From a virus (Duplodnaviria > Caudoviricetes): a stretch of DNA of 64,000 nt. A program made the position numbers and the translations under genes. Shown one piece after another: positions 28,650 through 39,328 of the stretch. The stretch covers positions 1-64,000 of IMG/VR virus record IMGVR_UViG_3300032007_000054; one strand, 5' to 3'. The notes below the pieces were generated by a model. The model saw only the letters and a program-made list of their open reading frames with translations, did not search any database and was not told the origin of the DNA. Position 1 is the stretch's first letter. Every line of letters begins with the position of its first letter.

Positions 28650-29531
28650 ATGCCAAGAGTACCTTATGTTGGCGTAAATGATAAAGCCAAAAAAGTAAAA
28701 AAAATGTATATCGGTATTGATAATAAAGCAAGAAAAGTTTTAAAAGCATATGTCGGTGTAAACGGAGTTGCGCATATCTTTTTTACAGCTGACTGGTGGA
28801 TTCCTTATGGATTAAAAGAAGAAAATTGTTTAGCTGCCTATCAGTTTTATCATGCTAAAGATCATGGTGCAGCTATTACAGATATTACAGGGCATGGACA
28901 TAATATTTGGGATTATAGGTATTGTACATGGAACTATGACTCAGGATATTATATTACATCAGGTACCGATTCATCTGGTCTGAAGGCTTCCAATAATTTC
29001 GGGACCAGTGTGGTGACTGCAGTATTTTGGTATACCGGACTTCCCATGGCATCTGATTCAACACTTGACGGCGGGAGATGGCTTAGTTGTCATGGAACTG
29101 GTCAGAACATGGCAGCAGGTCGTATTGGTGATATTTCTTATTCAAATAATGGTGAATGGAAAATTGATAAAAGTATAAAGAATTATCCTGGTTTTTGCTT
29201 TTCGTATAAGCCATATGAATCATGGAATGATTCTGATGGATATCTAAGACTTTATCGAGGAAATTCTCAGCTTCCTTCTTCTGGGGTAGTAGCTTTTGAT
29301 CGCAGTTATCCGCAAATATATGTTAATGGAAATGCCATTGGTGTTTCTTATTACAATAATGGAAAAGTTGAAACTATTAATAATATGCCGGCAACATCAA
29401 GTAACGGTAATGTAACCATTGGTGGCGGTACAAGGCCCAATACATATATCAGAGCTGCAGGATTTTTTAATTGCAGACTTACAGCCAGGCAGCATTCTGA
29501 TCTTGCAAAAGCACTTGCAGAAGTTAAATAA
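28650..29531 (+). CDS. Putative receptor-binding/tail fibre protein
   Basis: N-terminal YVGV..KAKKVKK.YIG repeat, beta-rich lectin-like C-terminus. Confidence 0.55.
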   Translation: MPRVPYVGVNDKAKKVKKMYIGIDNKARKVLKAYVGVNGVAHIFFTADWWIPYGLKEENCLAAYQFYHAKDHGAAITDITGHGHNIWDYRYCTWNYDSGYYITSGTDSSGLKASNNFGTSVVTAVFWYTGLPMASDSTLDGGRWLSCHGTGQNMAAGRIGDISYSNNGEWKIDKSIKNYPGFCFSYKPYESWNDSDGYLRLYRGNSQLPSSGVVAFDRSYPQIYVNGNAIGVSYYNNGKVETINNMPATSSNGNVTIGGGTRPNTYIRAAGFFNCRLTARQHSDLAKALAEVK

Positions 29532-29544
29532 AAGGAGATAAAAC

Positions 29545-29880
29545 ATGGGTTATAGTGTTTCCGACAATAAAATCATGTTGACACGCGGAGACACCGCAAA
29601 AATCTCCGTAACAGTCAAATACAAATCAACTGGAGACGAATATACTCCGCAGGAAGGGGACCATATTCGTTTTTCGTTTAAAAAGTATGTATCCGATAAA
29701 AATACGATTTTTGAAAAAGAAGTTCCTATCGACACTATGCTTTTAGTGATTGAACCAGAAGATACAAAGTCACTTCCTTTTGGCCCATATATATTCGATG
29801 GACAGTTGACATTTAAAAACGGTGATGTGGACACTTTTATTCAAAATGGAATTCTTGAGATCACACATGAGGTGAGCTGA
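29545..29880 (+). CDS. BppU N-terminal-like baseplate protein
   Basis: I.LTRGDT...DTK.L.FG.Y..D.QL pattern. Confidence 0.6.
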   Translation: MGYSVSDNKIMLTRGDTAKISVTVKYKSTGDEYTPQEGDHIRFSFKKYVSDKNTIFEKEVPIDTMLLVIEPEDTKSLPFGPYIFDGQLTFKNGDVDTFIQNGILEITHEVS

Positions 29881-30146
29881 TGGAAAAAGAATTAATCGGA
29901 TATCTTTCTGGTGGATCGGAATTAATCGGGACACTTTCTGATGGAGGTTTGCTTTATGGAGAGCTTTCTATACCGGATCGTTTAGGCACTCCATACGAAG
30001 GACCGTGGGAAGTTGTTCCTGATTCAGTGTTTCAGCTTCTTCCGACAGCTGAATGTTATTGTGAGGATGATATATTAGTTCATCCGATTCCTTATGCTGA
30101 AGTCAGCAATATCAGTGGTGGCTATACCGCAACTATTGGAGGATAA
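29880..30146 (+). CDS. Tail fibre-associated protein
   Basis: Y.GP.EV.P...IPY.EVSN..GGYTATI, C-terminus shared with next gene. Confidence 0.5.
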   Translation: MEKELIGYLSGGSELIGTLSDGGLLYGELSIPDRLGTPYEGPWEVVPDSVFQLLPTAECYCEDDILVHPIPYAEVSNISGGYTATIGG

Positions 30147-30149
30147 TTT

Positions 30150-30746
30150 ATGTCACAGCACGATACTACAAAGATAATTAACAAAGTAATTTATGATGGG
30201 GATGTCCTCATTGATCTAACCAATGATACCATTACCGCTACTGATGTTATTAATAACAAAACTTTCCATCTGGCGGATGGTACTACTGCAACTGGTACTT
30301 GCACTTATGATGCGGATACTTCAGATGCCACCGCAAGTGCAGCTGAGATCCTTGCTACGAAGACTGCTTATAAGAATGGCTCTAAGATTACAGGCACTAT
30401 GCCGAATCGAGCCGGAACCAACATTACTGTTTCCGGTAAAGCCGGTACTAATATTCCTACAGGTTTTTATGATGGTTCTGGGAAAGCAGTCCTCGACAGT
30501 ACTTCTGCGTCAAATCTCGTTGCGAACAACATTCGTAATGGTGTAACAATTCTTGGCGTTGAAGGTACAATGTCACCGGAAGATGAACTGACGGTCGGCG
30601 CGATCACTGTGACACCTTCGACCATTCAGCAGATCATTACGGCTGCTTCAGAGAGTCTTGACTATATTACTCAGGCTACTATTAATGCGATTCCTTATAC
30701 AGAAACGCAGAATGCTGCCGGTGGATATACTGCAACGATCGCGTAA
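30150..30746 (+). CDS. Tail fibre-associated protein
   Basis: NKVIYDGDVLIDLT.DT motif; NIRNGVTILGV.G motif; ends GGYTATI. Confidence 0.55.
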   Translation: MSQHDTTKIINKVIYDGDVLIDLTNDTITATDVINNKTFHLADGTTATGTCTYDADTSDATASAAEILATKTAYKNGSKITGTMPNRAGTNITVSGKAGTNIPTGFYDGSGKAVLDSTSASNLVANNIRNGVTILGVEGTMSPEDELTVGAITVTPSTIQQIITAASESLDYITQATINAIPYTETQNAAGGYTATIA

Positions 30747-30750
30747 TATT

Positions 30751-30948
30751 ATGGCAAATGTGATCAATAAAGTTGTTTACGGCGGTACAACTTTGATCGA
30801 TCTTACCGCCGATACAGTGACTGCCGAAAAACTCTATAAAGGAGCTACAGCACACAAGAAAGACGGCACGAAAATTACAGGTACCGCTGAAGTCACTGTC
30901 AGCGGTACAAAGTTAATCATGCCCGAAGGGCTGATCACTGTACAATAG
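30751..30948 (+). CDS. Small tail fibre-associated protein
   Basis: MANVINKVVYGGTTLIDLTADTVT, paralogous to neighbours; ATG 30751. Confidence 0.55.
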   Translation: MANVINKVVYGGTTLIDLTADTVTAEKLYKGATAHKKDGTKITGTAEVTVSGTKLIMPEGLITVQ

Positions 30949-30956
30949 GAGGGCGT

Positions 30957-33900
30957 ATGGCCGACATTACTCAAATTCAGGTCGGCTCTACGACCTATGA
31001 TATTCGTGATGAAAAGCATGGCGCATATTATGTGAAAGGAACACAAACGGCTTCTACTGGTACTTGGACTGGTAATTTGCCGGATGTTTCTGAATTATAC
31101 AACGGTTTGACAATCGACTATTGGCTTCCTTTCGCAGGTAGTGGAAATGCAACGCTGAATCTCACGCTGAAAAATGGTGTAACTACTGGTGCAGTAAATT
31201 GCTATTATTCTGGTACAAGTAGGCTTACAACTCATATTGGTGCTAACAACATTGTTCGTCTTACTTATCAGACGATAACAATTTCAGGAACAGAATATAC
31301 AGGATGGTGGGCAACAAAGGCATATCTTGATGGTAATGATAGGGCGTGTTATCTCTACTATCATGGTGCTTGGGTAGCAAACAGCGTTATTTATCGTTAT
31401 CAATTGTTGTTCCAGATTGACGAAAATACATTGACTCCGTTAAATAATAATAATAATGTCACAGGTACAACGAAGACAATGCTCACAAATGTTGAATTTG
31501 ACCCATTCGGCGCAATTCTGTATTGGGAATCAACCTCGACAATTAATGCAGGCTCATCTATTAGTTCAACTACCCCAAAATATTCCGCTCCGCTTAATCT
31601 TCAGTACACGTTTAATTGTGGGACAGCATTGACGGCACATAAACCGTTTTATTTGAAAGTATCCATGCAATCCAACGGAAAAGTAAAGATTGCAAGTACG
31701 ACTCCGTGGACACAGGCTTTGCCAACAACCGCTGACGGGTATTATTACATCTATTTAGGACGAACATATAGTACATATCAGTTAGGTATGACTCCTGACC
31801 ATCCTGTTTATTTTCATGATGGAACAAAAATTGTTGAATTAAAGAATTTACCGCTTGCTTCGTCAACTGTAAATGGGTATATGTCTGCTTCCGACAAAAC
31901 GAAACTGGACGGATTAGATGCAGACGATTATGCTCCGGCTTCTCATACTCACGGTGCGTCTGATATTACGTCAGGAACGCTTCCTGCAGCCCGTGGTGGT
32001 ACTGGAAAGACTACTCTTGGAGATGCAGGTAATGCTATCATCAATGCATTAGGGGAAGGGACTTCACAGGCAAATCGGAATGATTACATTGTTGCTCAAT
32101 ATGCAAATGGTGGAACAACAACGACAACTTACCATCGCAGAAAATTATCGAATATCTTTGCGGCGTTGAACTCATCTGACGTTACAACAGCCTTGGGATT
32201 TACACCATCTGCAAACGACCATACTCATGGCAATATCACTAATGCTGGTGCAATCACTTCAGACACCGCTGTAGCCAGTGGGGATAAGATCGTTGTTACT
32301 GACAGCTCAGCTAGTTCAAAGCTTATTAGAACTGGAATTAGTTTTGATGGGTCTACAACTACAACTGCTTTGACACCAAAAGGTACATGGGAGTCATTTG
32401 CTAAGCTTGGTTCTCCTGCTTTTACTGGTACTCCAACTGCTCCTACCGCTGCAGATGGTACTAATTCAACTCAAATTGCTACGACAGCTTTTGTTCAGTC
32501 TGCTTTTAAAGCTAATGACGCAATGATATTTAAAGGCACGATAGGTTCTTCCGGTGCAACGGTTTCAACTCTTCCGGCAACACATTATAAGGGTTGGACT
32601 TATAAAGTCGCTACTAGTGGAACTTATGCTGGCCAGTCTTGTGAAATTGGTGACACAATCATTTGTGTTACTGATGGTACTTCAGCAAATGATGCGCATT
32701 GGACTGTTATTCAGGCTAATATTGATGGAGCTGTAACCGGTCCTGCCAGTGCAACCGATGCTCATGTTGTAACATTTAGTGGTACTTCTGGGAAGGTTAT
32801 TAAGGATAGTGGATTTACGATTGGAAAATCGGTCCCGTCTGATGCTAAGTTTACTGATACAACTTATAGTAATGGTGATGGTATTTCACTTTCAGGTACA
32901 ACATTTTTAGCAGCGTTTCCGACCTCCGGTACTCCTGCGGCCTTGGGGACTGCAAACAACGGTACTTCCAATAATGTAGCAAGAGCCGACCATGTTCATG
33001 CAAAACCGACTTATGGAAACATCACGACCGCAGGTGCAATCACTTCAGACACCGCTGTAGCCAGTGGGGACAAGATTGTTGTTGCTGACAGCAGTGATTC
33101 GAGCAAACTTATTCGAACGGGAATATCATTCGATGGATCGACAACAAGCAAAGCACTGACACCAAAAGGTACATGGGAAACATTTGCCACACCATCTGGA
33201 ACACCAAAATACATGGATATTGGTGGCGTAGCAGACTATCAAAGAACCGTTCTTGCTCTTTGTGAATTATCAGAAAATGCAAATTCTGGAACAAGCAGTC
33301 ATACGTCCGGGAGTATTGTTACTATTCGTTCAAATGGGCTTATGCCGGAATATGTAGCGAATTTTGTCTTTCAAGATAGATACAGCACTGCGAAAAGCTG
33401 TCATTATAGCTTTTTTGGTAACTTTGAAAATACGAGTACAGAATTACGGACTGGTGAAGGTTTTAGGGCTTGTACTTTTACTTATAACAACAAGTTTTAT
33501 GGCGGTCTTGAATTTTATCAGGTACAGTCCAGAAGATTCTATTGGACTGGCGAAGGCACATTTACGCCGTTTATTGTTGCTTACTATAATCAGAACACAT
33601 CTGCGGTACTAAATACAGAAGTTAACAATTCGATTTCGCACTCAACAACGACGGCAGTACGTTTGCCGCTTACCGTTGATGATTCCAAAAAAGTAAATGG
33701 GCTAACTGTTCAGACAGCTGTTCCGGCAAATGCTGTTTTCACAGACACTAAATACACCAATGGGAACGGTATCAGCTTATCAGGGACAACGTTCTCAGTG
33801 GCGTTTCCGACCTCTGGCACTCCTGCGGCCTTGGGAACAGCGAGCAACGGTACTTCTAATAATGTAGCGAGAGCTGACCATGTTCATGCGAAACCGACTT

Positions 33901-34310
33901 ATAGTAAATCAGACGTTGGACTTGGAAACGTAACAAATGACGCACAAATTGCAAAGTCAATCGGTACGGCGAAAGGTGACATTATCTATTTTAGCGGAAA
34001 TGGTGCTCCTGAACGGCTTGCTATCGGCTCGAACGGGCAGGTTCTGAAAGTTTCTTCGAGCGGTATTCCGGTATGGTCAAGTGACACAGATACCGATACG
34101 AAGGTAACGAATACACTTGCAACAACGACAAAATATTATGTCACGGGTACGACAACCGCCACAACGAACACAGGAACGCAGAGCTTCGATTCTGGTATTT
34201 ATGCTACAACAACAGCCGGACAATTAAATGCCGGATCATATAAAGTGAATGAGCAGGTCACACTTCAGTGGAACACAACTGATGAAAGTCTTGATTTTGT
34301 ATTTGCATAA
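30957..34310 (+). CDS. Long tail fibre protein
   Basis: 1117 aa, T/S/G/A-rich, SPAFTGTPTAPTAA...TQIATTAFV fibre repeat, internal duplications. Confidence 0.8.
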   Translation: MADITQIQVGSTTYDIRDEKHGAYYVKGTQTASTGTWTGNLPDVSELYNGLTIDYWLPFAGSGNATLNLTLKNGVTTGAVNCYYSGTSRLTTHIGANNIVRLTYQTITISGTEYTGWWATKAYLDGNDRACYLYYHGAWVANSVIYRYQLLFQIDENTLTPLNNNNNVTGTTKTMLTNVEFDPFGAILYWESTSTINAGSSISSTTPKYSAPLNLQYTFNCGTALTAHKPFYLKVSMQSNGKVKIASTTPWTQALPTTADGYYYIYLGRTYSTYQLGMTPDHPVYFHDGTKIVELKNLPLASSTVNGYMSASDKTKLDGLDADDYAPASHTHGASDITSGTLPAARGGTGKTTLGDAGNAIINALGEGTSQANRNDYIVAQYANGGTTTTTYHRRKLSNIFAALNSSDVTTALGFTPSANDHTHGNITNAGAITSDTAVASGDKIVVTDSSASSKLIRTGISFDGSTTTTALTPKGTWESFAKLGSPAFTGTPTAPTAADGTNSTQIATTAFVQSAFKANDAMIFKGTIGSSGATVSTLPATHYKGWTYKVATSGTYAGQSCEIGDTIICVTDGTSANDAHWTVIQANIDGAVTGPASATDAHVVTFSGTSGKVIKDSGFTIGKSVPSDAKFTDTTYSNGDGISLSGTTFLAAFPTSGTPAALGTANNGTSNNVARADHVHAKPTYGNITTAGAITSDTAVASGDKIVVADSSDSSKLIRTGISFDGSTTSKALTPKGTWETFATPSGTPKYMDIGGVADYQRTVLALCELSENANSGTSSHTSGSIVTIRSNGLMPEYVANFVFQDRYSTAKSCHYSFFGNFENTSTELRTGEGFRACTFTYNNKFYGGLEFYQVQSRRFYWTGEGTFTPFIVAYYNQNTSAVLNTEVNNSISHSTTTAVRLPLTVDDSKKVNGLTVQTAVPANAVFTDTKYTNGNGISLSGTTFSVAFPTSGTPAALGTASNGTSNNVARADHVHAKPTYSKSDVGLGNVTNDAQIAKSIGTAKGDIIYFSGNGAPERLAIGSNGQVLKVSSSGIPVWSSDTDTDTKVTNTLATTTKYYVTGTTTATTNTGTQSFDSGIYATTTAGQLNAGSYKVNEQVTLQWNTTDESLDFVFA
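32247..33070 (+). repeat. 38-bp exact direct repeat (32247-32284 and 33033-33070)
   Basis: GGTGCAATCACTTCAGACACCGCTGTAGCCAGTGGGGA present twice. Confidence 0.9.
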
Positions 34311-34322
34311 GGAGACTTCAAA

Positions 34323-36104
34323 ATGGCATTACAAATATGGCTTCCGCTTGATGGAACACTGGAAAACAAAGGATGTTTGAACATAGGCACTACGAATACA
34401 AGTGCAGTGTTTACGGATTCAGGGAAAATCGGACAAGTTGCAGAAAGCGGAAGATTCACTATAACTTGCCCGAAGATTGCCAATATACTAAATAGCGTTT
34501 TCACAATTAGTTTCTGGGGGCAATTAAAGGCAATCCCAGAAGGAAGCAGTGAAAATGACACATATTTTTTCAAATGTGGTGTAAATGGTACTCGTACTTG
34601 CTTGCATTTTGCTGTGCGCCAAACAAGTGGAGCTTTAGCATTTTGTTTTTATTCAGACGACTATACATTTGTATCCAATTCTTCGAGTTATGTCGGAGTA
34701 TGGCATCATTTCACTCTGATTTTTGATGGTGAATATCAGATTGTTTATGTAGATGGTAATCTGATTGGAAAACGAAAAACTGGTGGAAGTTTGCAGATTG
34801 CAGAAAATTCAAATTTTATTATCATCAATCCGATGTTTGCCGTAAATGACTTCAGACTTTACGACCATTGCCTTTCCGTCGCCGAAGTAAAAGAACTTTC
34901 ACAGGGGTTGATTCTGCACTACAAGCTTGATGAATCGTACCCTATGACGAACAAAAATTTGCTGAAAGATTTTCCGAAATATTATAGCAAAACAGGCTAC
35001 AATGCTTATGTGCTTTATATGACAGAAAAGGTTGTTGAAGGGCAAACATACACATTACAGTTTTGGGATGTTGATGTTTCTCACACCGGAAAAACGGAAT
35101 CTCAATTAGGTATCAGTGCTTTTTTAGGTGGAGGTAGTTGGACGCTAAAAACTTTAAATGGCACAGATTATTTTACTAATGGTCACGCTGATCATATAGA
35201 ATGTTCTTTTACAATAACAAGTGGACAGGCATCAAGTTCAGATGCATCTAAATTGGAACTGTGGATTTGGAACTCTGTTCCACAAGTATCAGGGACTATG
35301 TCTATGTCCATTGGAAAGTGGAAGCTTGAAAAAGGGGACACAGCTACACCATACATCAACTGTGAACTATCAGACAAAATTAATCCATTTGTTGTCACAG
35401 ATTCTTCAGGTTATGGGCATCATGGTCAAATTGTAAATACGGTTTCTTATACAAATGACAGCCACAGATATTCCAGTTCTATTGATTTGGCAAATACTGT
35501 TTCGTCTTATATTACAGGTAGTTGTTATGCGTCTGACACAATAACATTTTCATTATTGGTGAAATTTAATACCATGAAAGATGCTCATGTAATTGACATG
35601 AGAACATCCACTGAAGGGTATCAACCGTTTTATACCTATACCAATGGAACAGTTCAATCTGGTGGTTCTAATTCGTATGTAAGTTTTAATTCTTCATTTC
35701 AGATTGATAGATGGTATCACGTAGTCTTTTCATATGATTCATCTGCATTGAAAATGTATGTCGATGGTGTTAATATTGGAAGTTCAGGAAAAGGAAGTGC
35801 ATTTAACAAGGTACTCCCGTTTTATCTTGGAACAAGATTTAATCAGGCAAATTATTCAGATGTGTATATTTCCGATTTCCGAATTTACTGCACTGCACTT
35901 TCCACCGAAGACATTCTGGATTTGTACCATACATCTGCAAAGATTGACAAGACTGGTAAGGTTCATACGTTCGAGTTTGTTGAAGATGAAGGTACGAAAA
36001 TAACGAAGACTGGAATTACAGAATGGGTAGAGCTTATTGAAGAAACGGGAAACGCAAAATTCAACAGTCAATATATCTCAGCGAACGACTTTATAGAAAG
36101 ATAA
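34323..36104 (+). CDS. LamG/concanavalin-like domain tail protein
   Basis: MALQIWLPLDG; two copies of W(H/Y)H...Y(V/I)DG and DFR(L/I)Y...LS motifs. Confidence 0.75.
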   Translation: MALQIWLPLDGTLENKGCLNIGTTNTSAVFTDSGKIGQVAESGRFTITCPKIANILNSVFTISFWGQLKAIPEGSSENDTYFFKCGVNGTRTCLHFAVRQTSGALAFCFYSDDYTFVSNSSSYVGVWHHFTLIFDGEYQIVYVDGNLIGKRKTGGSLQIAENSNFIIINPMFAVNDFRLYDHCLSVAEVKELSQGLILHYKLDESYPMTNKNLLKDFPKYYSKTGYNAYVLYMTEKVVEGQTYTLQFWDVDVSHTGKTESQLGISAFLGGGSWTLKTLNGTDYFTNGHADHIECSFTITSGQASSSDASKLELWIWNSVPQVSGTMSMSIGKWKLEKGDTATPYINCELSDKINPFVVTDSSGYGHHGQIVNTVSYTNDSHRYSSSIDLANTVSSYITGSCYASDTITFSLLVKFNTMKDAHVIDMRTSTEGYQPFYTYTNGTVQSGGSNSYVSFNSSFQIDRWYHVVFSYDSSALKMYVDGVNIGSSGKGSAFNKVLPFYLGTRFNQANYSDVYISDFRIYCTALSTEDILDLYHTSAKIDKTGKVHTFEFVEDEGTKITKTGITEWVELIEETGNAKFNSQYISANDFIER

Positions 36105-36114
36105 GAGGTGGCAT

Positions 36115-37212
36115 GTGGCACAATTAAAAGATACTGTAATTACTGGAAATCTTCGTGTCACTGACACGATCTATGGACATAATCCGCATAATATATACTA
36201 CGTCAAAGGCACTCAGACAGCGAAAACTGGTACATGGACTGGTGACTTACCAGAAGTTGCTGAACTTTACGAAGGCTTGGTTATTGATTACTGGCTACCT
36301 TTTGAGGGTAGTGGAAGTGCGACGCTCAATCTCACCTTGAAAGGTGGCGCGACATCCGGAGCAGTCAATATGTATTATGGTGGAACGACAAGGCTAACAA
36401 CGCATTTACCGGCTAATTATGTTGGACAATTCATCTATCAGACGGTGACTATCAGCGGAACGAACTACACAGGATGGTGGATGCTTCGTTCATATACTGA
36501 TGGCAATACTACCGATATTGTTAATCTTTATCAAGGGTCGGGGGCTTATCAGGCTGACAGTGCTGTCTATCGTTATCAGCTATTATTCCAGATGGATGAA
36601 AACAAATTGACTCCGCTGAATAACAATAGTAATGTGACTGGAACAACAAAGACGATGCTTACCAATGTCGAGTTTGACCCGTTTGGCTATATCTTCTATT
36701 ACAACAGTACGACAACAGTCAATGCAAACGGTAACATGACAACTGCGCTGTACTATCAGCGTAACAGCGTTGACCTTCGTTACACATTCAATTGTGGTCA
36801 GACTTTAACAGCTCATAAGATGCTTTATTTGAAATTAAGTCTTCAGTCAAATGGCAAAGTAAAGATCGCTAATGCGACGCCATGGACGCACGATCTTCCA
36901 ACAACAAACGATGGGTATTTATATTTGCTTCTTGGGCGGACTTATAGCACTTATCAGTTCGCTTTGTTCAAAGAGCATCCGATCTATTATCATGATGGAA
37001 CAAGTTTACGTAATTATGTCAAAATGGATCTTGCAACACAATCTAATTCAGGATTAATGTCCTCCGCAGATAAAACAAAGATTGACAGTATTGGTGGAAC
37101 AACAACCACTTATTATAGTGCGACAGAAACAATAGAATTTATGTTTTCATTTTCTGGATCGCATGCTACTTATTATGATGAAACGGAAATGCTTGATTTT
37201 ATGCTTTCATAA
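36115..37212 (+). CDS. Tail fibre protein, paralog of the N-terminal domain of 30957-34310
   Basis: MAQLKDTVITGNLRV start, then a ~280 aa domain clearly homologous to the long fibre. Confidence 0.7.
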   Translation: MAQLKDTVITGNLRVTDTIYGHNPHNIYYVKGTQTAKTGTWTGDLPEVAELYEGLVIDYWLPFEGSGSATLNLTLKGGATSGAVNMYYGGTTRLTTHLPANYVGQFIYQTVTISGTNYTGWWMLRSYTDGNTTDIVNLYQGSGAYQADSAVYRYQLLFQMDENKLTPLNNNSNVTGTTKTMLTNVEFDPFGYIFYYNSTTTVNANGNMTTALYYQRNSVDLRYTFNCGQTLTAHKMLYLKLSLQSNGKVKIANATPWTHDLPTTNDGYLYLLLGRTYSTYQFALFKEHPIYYHDGTSLRNYVKMDLATQSNSGLMSSADKTKIDSIGGTTTTYYSATETIEFMFSFSGSHATYYDETEMLDFMLS

Positions 37213-37221
37213 GGAGAAACT

Positions 37222-37479
37222 ATGCCGAATGTAAGTAAAGTTATTTATGAAAATGAAGTCCTGATCGATTTGACTGCAGATACAGTGAATGAAGGAAATC
37301 TCATGTACGGCATTACGGCTCATTCTTGTGAAGGCCGTATTATTACCGGCATGGTCACACTGTATAATGGCGAAAAAATCAGTCCAGCCTTTTCAGTAGA
37401 TGAGAATGAAACTTTGATCCTTGTAGCCGGAACCGGTAATGAAGATCGAATCGTATTTGGACCAATTGATAATAGTTAG
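37222..37479 (+). CDS. Small tail fibre-associated protein
   Basis: SKVIYENEVLIDLTADTV motif. Confidence 0.55.
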   Translation: MPNVSKVIYENEVLIDLTADTVNEGNLMYGITAHSCEGRIITGMVTLYNGEKISPAFSVDENETLILVAGTGNEDRIVFGPIDNS

Positions 37480-37701
37480 CGATTTAGGCTTCAAAATGGT
37501 TGATCCAGAGCCGGCTAAAATTTTAAATTCTGGTAACATCATGAAGCTTTAATTATATATTTTGGCTGATTCAGCCAGTTATTATTCATCCTTTACCAAA
37601 AATCTAGTATTGGTAAAGGCCTTTCAGGGTTAATCTATAATTAGTATTAGGCCGGATGTAGTTTTTATGTCCGTCCTTTTACTTTTTTTAATTGAGGTTT
37701 T

Positions 37702-37992
37702 ATGGCTGATATTTCAAAAGTAAAAATTAATTATGATACTTATGACATAAAAGACGCTAATGCGCGTTCGCGTCTTGATGTTATTGAAGAACAGGGAACT
37801 GTCAGCGCATGGGGTGATATTAATGGCACGTTATCCAATCAGACTGATCTTCAGGCTGCACTTGATGTAAAACTAAGTTATTCAGGTGCAACGGCAAGCA
37901 CTCATCCCGAGTATACGATCTCTTTAGTCGATCTTGTTGATGGAGCATCGGAGCTTTCTGCCGGATCATTATATTTTTACTATGAGGTATAA
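37702..37992 (+). CDS. Small tail fibre-associated protein
   Basis: MADISKVKINYDTYDIKD start; WGDINGTLSNQTDL motif. Confidence 0.55.
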   Translation: MADISKVKINYDTYDIKDANARSRLDVIEEQGTVSAWGDINGTLSNQTDLQAALDVKLSYSGATASTHPEYTISLVDLVDGASELSAGSLYFYYEV

Positions 37993-37994
37993 AC

Positions 37995-39305
37995 ATGGGA
38001 AAAGTTTATGCTTCCGGCGGAAATGTGCAATATCTTAATTTACCAAATGAATATACTCAGGTTGAGTATATTGAAAGCAATGGATATGAATATATTGATT
38101 CCGGAGTTGTATTATCTTCAGCCACTACAGTAGAAGCTGATTTTCAAATGACTGAAAAAAAATATGGTTATGGAAATTATGTTTTTGGTTGTATGGATGC
38201 TTCTTTGGAATGTTCTTTAAGAACTGGAATTGAAAAAACAAATTATCGCGACGGAGAAGGTAGCACGATATCTTATTCACAGACATCTGATATTTTTGCA
38301 AGAACTACAGTAACTGCAATACCAAGATCTGGAACTAATACTTCAAACAAGACTATGACAATTTTTAAATCTCGGAGACAAAGAACATCTGAAGGTCCAT
38401 TCACATTAGAAGGATCCGGAAGGCTTAAATTATATTCTTTAAAGATGTATGAGAATGATGTTCTGATCCGTGATTTTGTCCCATGCATTAGAAAATCTGA
38501 TTCTGTTCATGGACTGTACGACATTGTTGGTGAAACTTTTTATATGAGTGAAATAACGATCCCATCAGAGTATCAGCAGGTAGAGTATATTGAATCTACT
38601 GGAACACAGTATATTGATACAGGATATAAAACAACAGTGAATACTGGATCTTATATAACTTTTATTACAAGTAATAGTATTGGCACGAGTGGTCATGGTT
38701 CTATTTTTGGTGCCCGTAAAAGTACAGAAAAAAGATATCATCTTGAAACATGGACTCCTGATAGTAGCCGTTCAGGAAGTTTTTGGATTGGTGCAAATGA
38801 GGCTGTAACTGATCCTAAAATTATTCCAAATGAAAAACTAACAATTGCCCATTCTGTTACAACAAATACCAGTGCCAGAAATGATAATAGTTATGTTAGC
38901 ACAGCAGGGGTTTCTGTTTTATCAGATCCTTTATGCATTTTTGGTGTAAATAACGATACTATTATAGGTAATTTTTCAAAAACTAAATTATATGCTTTTT
39001 ATATTTATGAAAGATATGATGTTGTTCATTCATATATTCCTGTTATTAGAAAAGCAGATCATAAAGCTGGTTTATATGATACTGTATCCAATTCATTTCT
39101 TACAAATTCTGGGACAGGCACTTTCTTATATGGAAATCCATTTCAGGATTTTAATGAAACTGGGCGTATAGTATTTCCACAGGTTGCTCATAAAACGAAG
39201 ACAATTTACATTGGAAGAGACAGTGGTGTCGCTAAAAAAGTTAAAAAAGTATATATAGGTGATCCAAATAATGTTGCCCGTTTGTGTTTTACTGATGGTC
39301 AATAA
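37995..39305 (+). CDS. Tail protein with two tandem lectin-like domains
   Basis: EYTQVEYIESNG.EYIDSG and EYQQVEYIESTGTQYIDTG repeats, each ending P.IRK.D...GLYD.V. Confidence 0.65.
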   Translation: MGKVYASGGNVQYLNLPNEYTQVEYIESNGYEYIDSGVVLSSATTVEADFQMTEKKYGYGNYVFGCMDASLECSLRTGIEKTNYRDGEGSTISYSQTSDIFARTTVTAIPRSGTNTSNKTMTIFKSRRQRTSEGPFTLEGSGRLKLYSLKMYENDVLIRDFVPCIRKSDSVHGLYDIVGETFYMSEITIPSEYQQVEYIESTGTQYIDTGYKTTVNTGSYITFITSNSIGTSGHGSIFGARKSTEKRYHLETWTPDSSRSGSFWIGANEAVTDPKIIPNEKLTIAHSVTTNTSARNDNSYVSTAGVSVLSDPLCIFGVNNDTIIGNFSKTKLYAFYIYERYDVVHSYIPVIRKADHKAGLYDTVSNSFLTNSGTGTFLYGNPFQDFNETGRIVFPQVAHKTKTIYIGRDSGVAKKVKKVYIGDPNNVARLCFTDGQ

Positions 39306-39328
39306 AAATATTTAGAAGGAGAATTATT

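Noticed and set aside
30957-37212. Diversity-generating retroelement (template/variable repeat pairs)
   Set aside because: No reverse transcriptase in the window. Differences between the repeated fibre segments are mostly synonymous, not adenine-specific, and both copies lie in open genes.
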